Source of the DNA: an uncultured virus (IMG/VR IMGVR_UViG_3300025129_000011)
Lineage: Duplodnaviria > Heunggongvirae > Uroviricota > Caudoviricetes
Direction: 5' to 3' (one strand)
Length of the DNA: 20,000 nt
IMG/VR virus record: IMGVR_UViG_3300025129_000011
This document shows, piece after piece, positions 18,583-20,000 of this stretch. The notes below the pieces were generated by a model that was given only the letters and a program-made list of their open reading frames with translations, ran no database searches and was not told the origin of the DNA. A program made the translations under genes and the position numbers. Positions within the stretch are counted from its first letter, which is position 1; every line of letters begins with the position of its first letter.

Positions 18583-18590
18583 ATATTTAT
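18583..18590 (+). promoter_or_regulatory. Candidate late promoter motif ATATTTAT
   Basis: 14 nt before the ATG at 18605. Confidence 0.55.
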
Positions 18591-18604
18591 ATAAAAAGTA
18601 ACTG

Positions 18605-20000
18605 ATGAGTATAGAATCCATTTACAATAAAATAAATAACATTACTGATGGCGGTAGGAATACTGCCGCTGAAATGAGAGCTGTTTTAAGTGATATAACA
18701 GAACAATTTTCAGCTACAACCGCATTTTCAGGTACTACAGATAACGTACCAGAAGGTAGTGGTAATTTATATTATACTGACACTAGAGTTGACGCCAAAT
18801 TACTTGATTATTCATTAACTGGTCATACACATAATTTATCTGAATTAAATAATGACGTAGGATATTTAACTGGTGCAACAAGTACAGCTGATGATTATGT
18901 AACAGGTTCTACTTTCAATACAACCACTGGGTTATTAGAATTTACTAGATTATCTGGTGATACTTTTAACGTTAACCTTGATGGTAGATACCTAACAGGT
19001 TATACCCCAACTGTAAATACTGATGATTACATAACTTCAGCCACTTTCAATTCATCAACTGGCGAAGTAACACTTACAAGAGTTTCAGGTGGAACTGTTG
19101 TAACTAATTTAGATAATAGATATTCATTAACTGGCCATACTCATACTGATTATGTATTAAATAGTGATTTTAATACTCACACTGGTGATACAAGCGTTCA
19201 TTACACTAAATCATCAATAAATTTATCTGATTTAGGTGCAACTGGCCACACACATACAGTATCTAATATAACAGACTTCCCAACAAATTTAAGTTATTTT
19301 ACAAATGATAGTGGTTATTTAACTGGTGCAACAAATACAACTGATTTTATTAGTCATACAGGTGATACTACAATACATTATGCGATGAGTGGTATTAGTA
19401 TTAATGAATCTCAAATATCAGATTTAGGGTCATATACAGATGATACAAACTTAAATGCGCATACAGGTGATACAAGTATACATTTCACCAAATCTTCAAT
19501 AAATTTATCTGATTTAGGCTCAAGTGCACATACACATACTGAATATTCATTAATTGGTCATAATCATGATATATCTGAAATAACTGGGTTTACTGATAAT
19601 TCAACTAATTGGAACACTGCTTATAGTGATTCAATAACTGGTGTTACAGTAACAGGTTCTGGGACTAAAACTCTTACATTAACTCAAAGAGATGGTAGTA
19701 CAATAGTAACTAATTTCACTGATTTACAAGGCTCAGGTGGTGGAACTGGTGAGGAAATAACTGGCGCAACATTTAACCTATCAACTGGTGATTTAACCCT
19801 TATAACAAACTCAGGTAGTACGATAATAGCTAGTTTAGATGGTAGGTATGCTTTTGATTCTCAATTCATAACACATACTGGTGATACAACAATACATTTT
19901 ACAAAAGGTAGTATTAATTTATCAGACCTAGCTTCAACTGGTCATACACACAATTTATCATTATTAAATAATGATATTGGATTTATAACTGGGTATACAG
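18605..20000 (+). CDS. Tail fibre protein with HxH repeats (3' end outside window)
   Basis: Absent from the ORF track; translated by hand, 465 codons open to the window end: MSIESIYNKINNITDGG...TTDNVPEGSGNLYYTDTRV...YSLTGHTHNLSELNND... Multiple GHTH/AHTH/GHNH and HTGDTxxH motifs, typical of trimeric phage fibres. Confidence 0.82.
   Translation, partial: MSIESIYNKINNITDGGRNTAAEMRAVLSDITEQFSATTAFSGTTDNVPEGSGNLYYTDTRVDAKLLDYSLTGHTHNLSELNNDVGYLTGATSTADDYVTGSTFNTTTGLLEFTRLSGDTFNVNLDGRYLTGYTPTVNTDDYITSATFNSSTGEVTLTRVSGGTVVTNLDNRYSLTGHTHTDYVLNSDFNTHTGDTSVHYTKSSINLSDLGATGHTHTVSNITDFPTNLSYFTNDSGYLTGATNTTDFISHTGDTTIHYAMSGISINESQISDLGSYTDDTNLNAHTGDTSIHFTKSSINLSDLGSSAHTHTEYSLIGHNHDISEITGFTDNSTNWNTAYSDSITGVTVTGSGTKTLTLTQRDGSTIVTNFTDLQGSGGGTGEEITGATFNLSTGDLTLITNSGSTIIASLDGRYAFDSQFITHTGDTTIHFTKGSINLSDLASTGHTHNLSLLNNDIGFITGYT
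19214..19518. repeat. 23-bp exact direct repeat within tail fibre modules (19214-19236 and 19496-19518)
   Basis: TCAATAAATTTATCTGATTTAGG occurs twice, encoding SINLSDLG. Confidence 0.85.

Noticed and set aside
18516..18607. TAG read-through or recoding: the frame after the TAG stays open for 28 codons to a TGA overlapping the next ATG
   Set aside because: The long genes contain no internal TAG, so there is no sign of code 15. The extension is low-complexity, spans the candidate promoter, and is not in frame with the fibre gene.
18605..20000. Diversity-generating retroelement or invertase cassette acting on the tail fibre
   Set aside because: No reverse transcriptase, recombinase or adenine-specific template/variable repeat pair is visible; the gene's 3' end is outside the window, so it cannot be fully excluded.

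Overview
AT-rich (roughly 30% GC by eye), densely coding segment of a large contractile-tailed dsDNA phage, covering the baseplate and tail-fibre module. The + strand carries a T4 gp6/P2 gpJ-like wedge gene, several uncharacterised virion-type genes, a P2 gpI/T4 gp7-like wedge gene, cysteine-rich accessory genes, an Fn3-like gene and a truncated His-repeat tail fibre. Three free-standing homing-endonuclease-like genes interrupt or flank the module: a DUF723-like repeat gene at the left edge, an HNH gene, and a PD-(D/E)XK gene split at an A9 run. SprB-like repeats and A-rich leaders mostly lacking Shine-Dalgarno sites suggest a Bacteroidota host (inference). The most notable signals are a positionally fixed ATATTTAT motif before five genes, a repeated C...CC...C module with many terminal cysteines, an apparently split gpI-like wedge protein, and the A9 frameshift. 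All family calls come from motif recognition by eye; no searches were run.
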